NCBI GenBank assembly: GCA_963778115.1
Contig: CAVZSV010000004.1
Coordinates: forward strand, 1,632,001 to 1,696,000
Source: an uncultured delta proteobacterium
GTDB taxonomy: Bacteria > Bdellovibrionota > FAC87 > UBA2466
Length of the DNA: 64,000 bases
Direction: 5' to 3'
Part shown: positions 31,313 through 40,220 of the stretch, piece by piece
How positions within the stretch are numbered: position 1 is the first letter of the stretch
How the letters are laid out: every line of letters starts with the position of its first letter
Translations under genes and position numbers: made by a program
The notes under the pieces: model-generated
Database searches by the model: none
What the model was told of the DNA's origin: nothing
The model's input: the letters and a program-made list of their open reading frames with translations, nothing else

Positions 31313-32716
31313 TTACTCGGGTGCCTTTGTCTTCATTTCGCTGACGCGTTCATGAAGGCCATTTTGAGGAAACTGAGTTCGAAACGTCTGTTCGAGAGCT
31401 CTGAGCATCTCCTCGGGAGTTGCGGCTTCATTCTTCAAACGCTCTTTTTCCAATGCTGCGGCCTTATTTCTCTCCGGAGTAAGGTTGGTCTCTACCAGTA
31501 TCCATCGCTCCCGATCCAACCAAAACTGGAAATTGATATCGGAAAGATGATCGTGATTGAGCATCACATCACCCGCGTAAACGCCAACGATACGGTACCG
31601 GTTGTCATGACCGCGCCGTAATTCCACCAAAGGATGTTTACTCAAATTGATCTGAGGCATTTCCGACTCGAAAACGCCTAGTAGACTCTTTACGAAGTAA
31701 AAGGAGATCCGGTTAAAGATATCTCTCAACTTCTCATCCGTTGTCTTTAAGTAATACGAATAGGGATTGGCCTGTCCCGGATAGTCCTTTTCCAAAAGAC
31801 GTATCTTTTCGACCGCCTTCGCCCTCTGGTTTAAAGGCCCAAGCAAGAGGTCAATATCCTGAATGATAATCTTTCTGCGTTTCACCGGATCTTTTACGGT
31901 ATCGGTCGCTGCAGCAAGGGCACTTTCCGCCTGGTCGTAAACGGGTGGATCCATCATAAAGTACTGAACGGCGTCCTCCGGAAAGCCGGCCGAGAGTAGT
32001 AACTTCCCGGCGTCCTGAGGAGAATGAATCTTGTAATAATCGATCGAAGCAGCCATGGCCTGCTTTGAAATTTCATCCTTGGGGTTTTCTAGAATAATTT
32101 TCTTAAGTGCGTCTAGGGAAGTGGTTGGGTTAAGAAGAAGTTCACTCTGTGCCTTAGAGAGTTCCTCTTGGCGAGAGGGGGGGACCACAACCCTGGGTCG
32201 AGGCTTAATGACTATCTCGTGGGCCGAATTCGCCGAAAGAAAATAATAGCCCCCTCCACAAAGAGCTAACACACCCACTACAACCATTGCGATGACAGGT
32301 TTCGAAGCACGCAGAAAACCTGCTATATCCTTCTCTACTTTAAAAACCGGCTCGGCGGCTCCTTGTGAAAAAGTAGAGAGTTCGGAGTTCGCTCCCGAAG
32401 ATGAGGAAGAGGGACGGTAATTGATGGGAGAGGGGGTGACCGCCGGAGCCACGACGGAAGCGGCATTAAGCGGTTTGAATCCTCCCGAGGCAGAAGGGGG
32501 CGGAGCGCTTCCCGCTTTAGCAGCGAAAGCTTCACTAAATGCGGGAATGGTTTGTACCGATTGCCACTCTTGCAATCCCTCAAACCAGATCAGAGCGTCC
32601 GCCGGTACCGAACCGCTCCTAATTTTTTCCACCATTTCGACTTCGGTAAGCGGACCCGACTGTTCTCCATTGACGCCTAGAAAGAATTTTTGATTTTGGA
32701 TAACCGGATTCGACAT
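31313..32716 (-). CDS. GYF_2 (DUF4339) domain membrane protein
   Basis: NGEQSGPLT...LIWFEGLQEW N-terminus, TM helix, helical periplasmic part. Confidence 0.8.
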   Translation of the reverse strand: MSNPVIQNQKFFLGVNGEQSGPLTEVEMVEKIRSGSVPADALIWFEGLQEWQSVQTIPAFSEAFAAKAGSAPPPSASGGFKPLNAASVVAPAVTPSPINYRPSSSSSGANSELSTFSQGAAEPVFKVEKDIAGFLRASKPVIAMVVVGVLALCGGGYYFLSANSAHEIVIKPRPRVVVPPSRQEELSKAQSELLLNPTTSLDALKKIILENPKDEISKQAMAASIDYYKIHSPQDAGKLLLSAGFPEDAVQYFMMDPPVYDQAESALAAATDTVKDPVKRRKIIIQDIDLLLGPLNQRAKAVEKIRLLEKDYPGQANPYSYYLKTTDEKLRDIFNRISFYFVKSLLGVFESEMPQINLSKHPLVELRRGHDNRYRIVGVYAGDVMLNHDHLSDINFQFWLDRERWILVETNLTPERNKAAALEKERLKNEAATPEEMLRALEQTFRTQFPQNGLHERVSEMKTKAPE

Positions 32717-32753
32717 GGCGACATTATATCACTGGAATGGCTTTCTCCAATGT

Positions 32754-33968
32754 CTACACGGTTTTGGATTCGCGGGAGATGCCCCGCCCAAAGACTCGAT
32801 TTCGCGCCGCTTCCAACTGTTTGCGCCTATACTCTTCGTGATTACTCTTTCCGAAAATACTATCCGCGTAGGCTTTAACGTCCATGATTTGAATCTCATA
32901 CGGAAAGAAAACGTACTCGTAGGGTTGAGGAGGTTTTGAAAAAGCTTCGTAAACGGCGTGCATCCCGCCATGTATATTTTCCAAATTGGATTTTAGCGTC
33001 GTATAGACCTGATGCATCGGGTTACGAATTCTAACCAATTCACGGCAAGTAAACTGGATGGCCCGATAGTATTCGCTGCTATGGGGATTAATTAAATTTC
33101 CGCCGATTCTGCGAAACCCAATACGTCTTTCCAAGCGACGCAACATTTTTTCAAACTCGACGGGTAGGGGATTTGGCGTTTTTTGAAGTTGGGTCAAGAT
33201 ACGATCGATTTCAAACTGTAGCCGGTGAACATCGAAGAGTCTGTTTCGCGATCGGCCAGGTCTTACGTTGGGCAGACTGATAATGTTACGGCTGAGCATG
33301 AGCCTAACCGCTCGAACGGCGTCAAATTTGGTTTCCGTCACTAGACGAAAACCGATACGATCATAAATCTCTTCTACCAGGCTATCTGCTTTGTGAAGCA
33401 GTTTAATGATCTCGCGTTCACGGTCCTTGCGATCCTTTTTCTTGAAGAACAGAAGCTTGATTCCGCCCCCCTCTTCTTTCGGACCCAGATAAGTAGCGCC
33501 GTCTGAATTATCGACGTAAAGATAGTCATCCAACCGATTGAGGACTTGGTTCTGCACCTGCTCGAAGTACTTAAGCCTGGGATCGTGCTTCAAATGGATG
33601 AGAACATGCATCATGCGCAAAATTCCGCAGGCCCAGACCTGATCAGGGCTATTGCCTTCGTCCGAGGCAATCAGCAAGAGTCGTCTGACATCGCCTACGA
33701 TTTTTCGGGTTCTCAGGTGTTCAGGCACTTTGGGATATTGGGGATCGTTGAGTGACTTTTCTATAAAAACGATAGCGTCTTCAAAGCAGCCCCATATTAA
33801 CTCCATGTCATCAGCGTCGTTTGCGTTGAAACCGTAGGCGTTGATGAAATCGGTCGCCTCCTCCATGGTCTTGAGCTGGAGGCGTGGAACATCTAATATG
33901 GACATCCCCTCTAGGACCACTTTAAGAATGGCCCAAGGAAATTGAAAATTCTCGCTAGAGGGATTCAC
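32754..33968 (-). CDS. TIGR04552-like protein with RelA/SpoT-type nucleotidyltransferase motifs
   Basis: IKLLHK, EEIYDRIGFRLVT, YRAIQFTCR, FFPYEIQIMD, HEEYRRKQ. Confidence 0.7.
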   Translation of the reverse strand: MNPSSENFQFPWAILKVVLEGMSILDVPRLQLKTMEEATDFINAYGFNANDADDMELIWGCFEDAIVFIEKSLNDPQYPKVPEHLRTRKIVGDVRRLLLIASDEGNSPDQVWACGILRMMHVLIHLKHDPRLKYFEQVQNQVLNRLDDYLYVDNSDGATYLGPKEEGGGIKLLFFKKKDRKDREREIIKLLHKADSLVEEIYDRIGFRLVTETKFDAVRAVRLMLSRNIISLPNVRPGRSRNRLFDVHRLQFEIDRILTQLQKTPNPLPVEFEKMLRRLERRIGFRRIGGNLINPHSSEYYRAIQFTCRELVRIRNPMHQVYTTLKSNLENIHGGMHAVYEAFSKPPQPYEYVFFPYEIQIMDVKAYADSIFGKSNHEEYRRKQLEAARNRVFGRGISRESKTV

Positions 33969-34042
33969 TCAGACAAGATAACATACAGGACCTCGCAATC
34001 CAACGCGTCATGCGGAGCGACTTGAGTGGGGTTTTTCAGTAG

Positions 34043-34129
34043 GGAGAGGTGGCAGAGCGGTTGAACGCGGCGGTCTTGAAAACCGTTATACCCGCAAGGG
34101 TATCGGGGGTTCGAATCCCCCCCTCTCCG
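34043..34129 (+). tRNA. tRNA-Ser(TGA)
   Basis: GGAGAGG/CCTCTCC acceptor stem, anticodon loop CTTGAAA, long variable arm, TTCGAAT T-loop. CCA not encoded. Confidence 0.97.
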
Positions 34130-34149
34130 TAGCTTTCACCGAAAGCTAC

Positions 34150-34246
34150 CCCTAAGGATTAATCTTAAGATTAATCTTACCCTAATCCGAAGCACCGAAA
34201 CCGAAGCCGAAGCCGGAAAAGGTTAAGGTTAAGGTTAATCCTTAAG
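34150..34246. repeat. TTAA-rich palindromic element
   Basis: Perfect palindrome GATTAATCTTAAGATTAATC, CCGAA x4, GGTTAA x3, inverted ends AAGGATTAA/TTAATCCTT. Confidence 0.6.
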
Positions 34247-34363
34247 CGTGTAATTGACCCCCCGCCACCAAATCTGATAACTACGTCACGGTAGTGTTCC
34301 TAAGTACGTCCTATTAAGATACGACTCACACCAGAGGATAGCCTTAAAGGGAGAGAAACCGTC

Positions 34364-35737
34364 ATGCACAAAGTAACCCCGCTTTCTTGGATACTGCTAA
34401 GCGTTCTTATTTCGCTTATTTCGGCTTGTAACCAATTGGAACGTCAGCCTGCCAACAACCCAGTCATTACCGGGACTCGAGTAGTTCCCGCTCCGGTCGT
34501 TGGACTTGGAGCCAACGTTCTTAAGATTAGTGCTGGGGATTACTTTACCTGTGCCCTCGTCGCCGCAAGTGCTTCCAACAACCAGGTCTATTGTTGGGGG
34601 GCCAATGATAGTGGGCAGTTGGGAAACGGATCTAACACTCCTTCGCCTTCCCCGGTTCAAGTGCAGGGCTTGGTAAACGTCGTCGATGTCTCCGCGGGAA
34701 ATGGTTTTGCCTGTGCCATCGACAACGTATCGACGGATACTCCCAACCAGGTAAAGTGCTGGGGCAATAATAACGGCTCGCAATTAGGTCGATCGGACGG
34801 AAGTACCAACAACTCAAATTTTCCAGTTCCTGTGGCGGCAACCGTTATTCCCACGACGCCAACGACACCGGTAACCCCACAGCAACCTCCCGCGACCCCA
34901 GCGACTCCCAAGCCGCCGCCAACGGCGTCGGCAGCGGACACGACTGCCACTTTCACGGGAGCCAAAGCGATTTTCGCGTCCAATTACAGTCGGGTTTGTG
35001 CTGTCGGCCCCGACAATAAGGCCTACTGTTGGGGGCTCATCATCCAACAGACTGCACAATCCACTGGCGGAACCAATCCCACTATCAACTACGTCGCCTC
35101 CGTCGTAACTGCAGCAGTACCCACGGCGATCGTACCCGTGGATCCCTCGGCAAGGCCATGGACTGGGGTCACTTCGATGGCTCTCGTTCAAGCGGACTCC
35201 TGCGCGGTAGTCGGTGGAGTAGCAGTTTGTTTAGGCCAGTCGATTGCCAATCCCACCGCGGCAACGATCGTGGGCGGCGATACTTATACATGTCAGATCA
35301 ATAGCGCCGATCAAACGCAGTCCCTTTGCTGGCCGGTCACCCCCACCACTAGCGCCACCAAACCGACGACGTTTCTAATCACCTATGACTATCCCATTAC
35401 CCAGGCCTCCGCTTTCTCTGGACACACCTGTGCCGTCGCTAGTTCACAGGGAGAGATCTGGTGCTTCGGATTGAATAACCGGGGACAGCTGGGTTTCGGA
35501 TATACTTCATCGGTCCCGACGATTCCCCAAAATCGCTCGCAAGTTTCCGGGATGGTAAATCCCTTTTCGGTTTCAACGGGCTTTCTGCATACCTGCGCCA
35601 TAAGCCTCGCGGGAACGACAAACGGTGTTCCCGTGGGAGCCGCCTGGTGCTGGGGGGCTAACGATAACGGCCAGCTAGGGCTGGGAGTAATCGATCATTT
35701 CGCTAAGCCCTCCGAGCGGCCTAACCGAAAACGTTAG
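34364..35737 (+). CDS. RCC1-repeat lipoprotein with Pro/Thr-rich insert
   Basis: Lipobox ISAC; repeated SAG..FTCA / CWGANDSGQLG motifs. Confidence 0.88.
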   Translation: MHKVTPLSWILLSVLISLISACNQLERQPANNPVITGTRVVPAPVVGLGANVLKISAGDYFTCALVAASASNNQVYCWGANDSGQLGNGSNTPSPSPVQVQGLVNVVDVSAGNGFACAIDNVSTDTPNQVKCWGNNNGSQLGRSDGSTNNSNFPVPVAATVIPTTPTTPVTPQQPPATPATPKPPPTASAADTTATFTGAKAIFASNYSRVCAVGPDNKAYCWGLIIQQTAQSTGGTNPTINYVASVVTAAVPTAIVPVDPSARPWTGVTSMALVQADSCAVVGGVAVCLGQSIANPTAATIVGGDTYTCQINSADQTQSLCWPVTPTTSATKPTTFLITYDYPITQASAFSGHTCAVASSQGEIWCFGLNNRGQLGFGYTSSVPTIPQNRSQVSGMVNPFSVSTGFLHTCAISLAGTTNGVPVGAAWCWGANDNGQLGLGVIDHFAKPSERPNRKR

Positions 35738-35809
35738 TTTGAAGACTAACGCTTTAAATGGTACAAGTTTGCGGTCGGATTAGCCTTTGAACTCCAAAGG
35801 ATTTTTTGT

Positions 35810-35898
35810 GGAGAGGTGGCCGAGTGGCTGAAGGCGGCGGTTTGCTAAACCGTTATACGGGTAACACTGTATCGGAGGTTCAAATCCTCTCCTCTCCG
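35810..35898 (+). tRNA. tRNA-Ser(GCT)
   Basis: GGAGAGG/CCTCTCC acceptor stem, anticodon loop TTGCTAA, long variable arm, TTCAAAT T-loop. CCA not encoded. Confidence 0.97.
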
Positions 35899-36023
35899 TT
35901 TCACTATTAATAATCAATCCTTAAGGCTTAATCATTAATCCTCGATTTTTTGGCCCCGCCAAAAAATTTATTATTGAGGATTCATCCTTGATGATTAATG
36001 ACTGATAGAAGGAAGAAGACACT

Positions 36024-36425
36024 TTAGAGATTTTTTCTATTCTTCTCTAGCCACCCAATCAATCCCGAAATCATGCGGCCTATCGTTTCGAGCAATTTGA
36101 AATGTTCCGTCAAATTGTGTTCAATCAATTTCAGTTCCTCGATTAAATCCAAGATCGCAACGCACTCATAGACCGACCCTCTAGCCACTCTCAGAAAATT
36201 CGTCTTGTCCTTTGTGCTATAACGTGAGCTGCCTTCAGCAATGTTCAACGGAATGGATTGGGACGCTCTTCGCAGTTGATCTCGAATTGACGCTGAAGAA
36301 TCTTTTGGCAGGTCGCCACATAATTTATGAGCCAATCTCGCAAATCGCACTGAGTTTCGGTACACAGTCCATTTCTGAAACTCAAACCGACCAAATTCCG
36401 GACTCTGGTCCGCAATTTCATGCAT
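36024..36425 (-). CDS. Four-helix-bundle protein (23S rRNA IVP-like family)
   Basis: FQKWTVY, RDQLRRASQSIPLNIAEGSSR, FLRVARGSVYEC, RMISGLI. AGGAGG RBS. Confidence 0.92.
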   Translation of the reverse strand: MHEIADQSPEFGRFEFQKWTVYRNSVRFARLAHKLCGDLPKDSSASIRDQLRRASQSIPLNIAEGSSRYSTKDKTNFLRVARGSVYECVAILDLIEELKLIEHNLTEHFKLLETIGRMISGLIGWLEKNRKNL

Positions 36426-36537
36426 AGAACCTCCCTTTCGAAGGTTACAATGCATAAGCCATGCTCAAGGAGTAGAGCATGTCCCGTTCCATTTTGGCCC
36501 CAAAGGAGAGTGATACCTTCTTGGCCGTGAGCAAAGG

Positions 36538-38118
36538 CTAAGGCTTTGGCTCGAAAACAATCGATATTTCATCGCCTAGATCTTGGTCGAGGGAGCCAAT
36601 CAATTGCTCCACCGCAGGAATCAGGGACATCTGGCGGAACTGGGGAAGATTCCGACGATGATCGGCAATCACATCATCGCGTCTTTTTTGTATTTGTTGT
36701 CCCAGACTTTCAATCTTTGCCCGCTCGCCCTTGAGCTTCACGCGGGTTAGGCCGAGGGAATGGACAATCACAAATTCTGTATCAATAGGCCCCTTCGAGC
36801 TCTTAGTCATTTCCAGCATCAGTTGGATGTCCGCCCTACTCGGCGTGACAACGATAAACTTGTTTAGTTTATCCGCTATTTCGGGATGTGGCAGTTGACT
36901 GCGATCTAACTCGACGAACCCTTCCAAATCCTTCGGATGAATATGAACGTACACGGCTCCGGGGCCAAACTCAGAAAGATCCTGTGGAGCGAATTCGTGC
37001 CGCACCCGGTTTCGTCCAAATGTTGTTTTGCCCCCCAAGGAAAATCACGACTTGAATTTGGGAGAATAGACAAACGCCCCCTCAGTCTCCATGCCCCGCT
37101 GTCCTGCCAATCTAAGAAGGTCTCCCATGCCGGCGTCATAGGAACGCTCTAATCGGTAAGGAAGGAAGGAGTGCCGAATCTTTCCTTGAACCACTGGAAA
37201 GCCTGCCACAGAGGTGAGATTCTCGGACGCGGGTGACGCCAGCGCTTTCTGGTTTGCTTCGTTGGTAATCCTGACGGCGAGTTGATCGAAATGGTCTAGA
37301 AACTCAGTGCTATTCCCCTTGAAGGAGGCCAACTCGTTGAGCAAAGCGTTCGAATCATGGCCGCTTTTTAATACATCCATTTCGATGAGACCAGGAATCT
37401 CGTGAAAAAGCCCGCTCATGTGGGGAGACTGTAACGAAGCCATCAGAGCCCGGTACACAGTTTCTGGCTTCACCTGCCAGGATTCGCATGCTTTCAATGT
37501 TTCCTGTAGCGTTTGGAAGACATAACCACCCATGCCGGCTTCATTTTCCGAAATCTTCCGAAACACCTCTCCCGCCTGATTGATTGTGAGTCCTGCGCGA
37601 AGTGCGAAAGAAAGATTGTAAAGAGCAGGACCTTGAAGACCGTTCGGGGCCATATCTGCAATGAGTTTTCTGAGCCTGGGGACCTCCGCTTGGAGATTGA
37701 GGTTTTCTTCCGCGGCTGTCTTGAACAGGTTTTCCAGAAGCGGAAGATCGTGTCCTCCTACATCGTGCCCGTGCAACATCGGATCCGTCTGCGTTCGGAG
37801 CAATGTGCTTAGGATATCCGAAACGCTTTCATGACTGAGGCCAGCTTTAGCACCGGCGTCATAAACAGCCGGCAGCGACTCCTTTATCCGTTGTCCTTGC
37901 ACACCCAAGACAAGCTGGGGCCGGCCCTGGCTATCGATGACATTGGGGGATTCCTCCAGGTAAGGGTGAAGTGCCTTCAGCAGCTTCTGTTCAGAGGGAC
38001 CCAACGCTGACAACCAAAAAAGACAGTTGTCAGGGTCCTCTTTGTGCGAACTGTCCCCCGTAGAAGCAAGTGCGCTCGCCAACACTGCCAGTAAGAGAAG
38101 GGAGAAACGACATGCCAT
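36538..38118 (-). pseudogene. Secreted protein with C-terminal JAB/MPN-like motifs, interrupted by one in-frame TGA (37045-37047)
   Basis: ORFs 37045..38118 and 36538..37038 are in the same frame: ...TTC AAG TCG TGA TTT TCC TTG GGG. Motifs ETEGAFVY, HIHP, PSRAD. Confidence 0.6.
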
Positions 38119-38208
38119 TTGGCCATTATACTTCAGTGAGAGCCCAAGGGTTCAGATGAACCCGTCTCGAACCTTTTTTTGGGGCCCCTTTTTTACGGCT
38201 TTTCCGAT

Positions 38209-38430
38209 CGGGCCCGCCGCGGGACAGCTGGGTGGTATTCGGTTCATATTCCTGCTATTCACTTCAGTGAGAGCCGTCAAGTAAGCTCCTGTTATTTTTA
38301 GTTTTGATTTTAATATCTAGCGGTTGCGAGAAGTGGGGTTAGAACCCTCTCCTCTCCGCCAGATTTTTTTATCTGATTGAAGTCACTCATTTAGCAAAAT
38401 CAAAAATGAACCGTCGGGACGTTTCGGGAC
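38209..38430 (+). repeat. att-like element copy R1 (arm pair, conserved block, tRNA-Ser 3' duplicate, arm pair)
   Basis: CGGGCC 38209 / CGGGAC 38220; CCTCTCCTCTCCGCCA 38346-38361; CGGGAC 38415 / 38425. Confidence 0.85.
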
Positions 38431-38492
38431 GGCGCAACTTTTTGCACCCTATTTCTTTTGAACCATTCTCTTGAACCCTTGTTCTCCTATGA

Positions 38493-39188
38493 CTAACGAG
38501 ACTCGGTAACGAAATTTTCAATTGCACCTACAATCTGCAAGTGATCCTTGGGCAGCAAGAACGGGAAATGTCCGGCACCAGTGATCTCTAGATTACGAAG
38601 GTGCGGGTTCAGTTCGGGGAGGTTGCGCAGAACAGGCGCAGGTATTCTCATATCCCTTTCACCAAATATGTTCAGGATCGGAAAAGAAAGCGACTTGATG
38701 ACAGGTCGCAGGTCAAAGCCATCGAGGTATTTTGCAAAGCGTTGAAAGAAAGTCTGATCAAACGAATCTTGCAAACCCTTGAGGAAAGGTCGCCCAATTG
38801 AAAGTTCATCTGGCGACAAGAAAATCTGTTCCCAGGTCGGATTCTCTATTTTCAGCTCCACCAACGCTTTTTTAAACTCATCATTGAAGTGATTTGAACA
38901 GATGCATGGGTCGATCAAAACGATTCCCCGAATCCTTCGATCGGATGTGGACTTTAAGTATTCTAGACACAGTGTTGCTCCCCAGGAATGCCCGACCAGG
39001 AATATGTCAGGCCCAAGTCTTTGTAAGAGGCTCGCGAGCTGACTCACGAGCCCTTGGGGCTGGTCTTCTTCACCCGAAGATTGGGTATAAAAGATAGGAC
39101 TAAGACTTCGCGGGAACCGCCCCGAGAAAAACTGGCTGAGATAATCTGGAAAGCCTGGTCCACCATGCACGAAAACGATTTGTTTCAT
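38493..39188 (-). CDS. Alpha/beta hydrolase
   Basis: VHGGPG, GHSWG, GERD, AGHFP. Confidence 0.92.
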   Translation of the reverse strand: MKQIVFVHGGPGFPDYLSQFFSGRFPRSLSPIFYTQSSGEEDQPQGLVSQLASLLQRLGPDIFLVGHSWGATLCLEYLKSTSDRRIRGIVLIDPCICSNHFNDEFKKALVELKIENPTWEQIFLSPDELSIGRPFLKGLQDSFDQTFFQRFAKYLDGFDLRPVIKSLSFPILNIFGERDMRIPAPVLRNLPELNPHLRNLEITGAGHFPFLLPKDHLQIVGAIENFVTESR

Positions 39189-39197
39189 CTTTCAGTT

Positions 39198-39515
39198 CTA
39201 TGCTGCCTTTACGTCTACTTTTAGCTTCAGTCCGGCGTTATCAATCTGAGCTTGAAGCGATAAAGCTACAAAACGCTCCTCTGAGTAGCCCAAAACCTTA
39301 GCGAACCTCGCCGCTCGTTCGGGGCTAACCGCCTTTCGTCCTTTCTCAATGTCATTAAGATGGGACTTAGAAAGACGAAGCAGTTTAGCGAACTCAGGCT
39401 GGGTCATCTCTTCCCCCAAGCGAATGGCCTCTAAAAGTTTGCCGAAGGTTACGGGGCCGCCTGTTATGCTCTCCAAAAATCGAATGGCGTCACTCTTTTT
39501 GTTCTTAGTACTCAT
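39198..39515 (-). CDS. XRE-HTH antitoxin (HigA-like)
   Basis: MTQPEFAKLLRLSKSHLNDIEKGRK; overlaps the upstream toxin gene. Confidence 0.85.
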   Translation of the reverse strand: MSTKNKKSDAIRFLESITGGPVTFGKLLEAIRLGEEMTQPEFAKLLRLSKSHLNDIEKGRKAVSPERAARFAKVLGYSEERFVALSLQAQIDNAGLKLKVDVKAA

Positions 39516-39783
39516 GCTTGTCTACCCTTTCAATTCGTACAAATTCAATTTTTGATCTCTGGATCGTGTAATACGCTCGGTACCCTCGACTCAAACGGAT
39601 CGAGCGGAATCCCCTCATCTCTCCCTTACATGGTTCATCGTGATATCCAGGGATCTTTCTCACCTCTTCAAGACCCCGCTCTTCGACATCGTCGATCCAG
39701 TCTTGCAGTTTCACCGCGATGAACGAAGGAACCCTTCGTAGCTCCTTTTTGGCTCTATCTGAGAGTTCAACGCTGAATATCAC
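39505..39783 (-). CDS. RelE/HigB-family mRNA interferase toxin
   Basis: VELSDRAKKELRRVP...GYHDEPCKGEMRGFRSIRLSRGYRAYY; toxin-before-antitoxin order. GTG start at 39783 inferred. Confidence 0.85.
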   Translation of the reverse strand: MIFSVELSDRAKKELRRVPSFIAVKLQDWIDDVEERGLEEVRKIPGYHDEPCKGEMRGFRSIRLSRGYRAYYTIQRSKIEFVRIERVDKHEY

Positions 39784-39790
39784 AAAATAC

Positions 39791-39820
39791 ATAGTACACC
39801 AATTTGGTGTACTATCGCAA
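39791..39820 (-). promoter_or_regulatory. sigma-70 promoter overlapped by a palindromic TA operator
   Basis: TTGCGA-N18-TACTAT; palindrome ATAGTACACCAA-T-TTGGTGTACTAT (39791-39815). Confidence 0.75.
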
Positions 39821-39883
39821 GAGACAAATTTAGGCATTGGGACAACTATCGGGATCGATTTAGGAGTCAAATCCCGAAACTTT

Positions 39884-40103
39884 CGGGACGATTTCGGGAC
39901 GGCAGAGGGGCAATAGGTTCATATCCATTCATATTCATTCAGTGAGAGCCATCGAGTAAGCTCTTGAGATTTTTAGTTTTCGTTGGATTTTTGAGGACTT
40001 GAGAGAAGCGCGGTTAAAAACCTCTCCTCTCCGCCAGTTTTTTTTCTTCCTGAAATCATAGAGTCAGAAAAATTCGAAACAGCTTTGCGGGACACTGCGG
40101 GAC
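39884..40103 (+). repeat. att-like element copy R2
   Basis: CGGGAC 39884 / 39895; CCTCTCCTCTCCGCCA 40021-40036; CGGGAC 40088 / 40098; extra pair at 40172 / 40184. Confidence 0.85.
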
Positions 40104-40220
40104 AGGTCGACTGATCCCCCTTTGGTTTGCACGTAGAGTGCACTTGTTGCACTCTCTCGTATGGGGAGCTGCGGGACAAGTTGCGGGACGGCGCTCATTG
40201 TCGTGGCATTCGGCCGGGTT

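Noticed and set aside
36024..36425. Diversity-generating retroelement (Avd-like gene)
   Set aside because: No reverse transcriptase and no TR/VR pair seen.
37045..37047. Selenocysteine or genetic-code reassignment at the in-frame TGA
   Set aside because: TGA is a normal stop in core genes here (e.g. dapA, dapB, dapF). The context fits Trp rather than Cys, and no convincing SECIS was seen.
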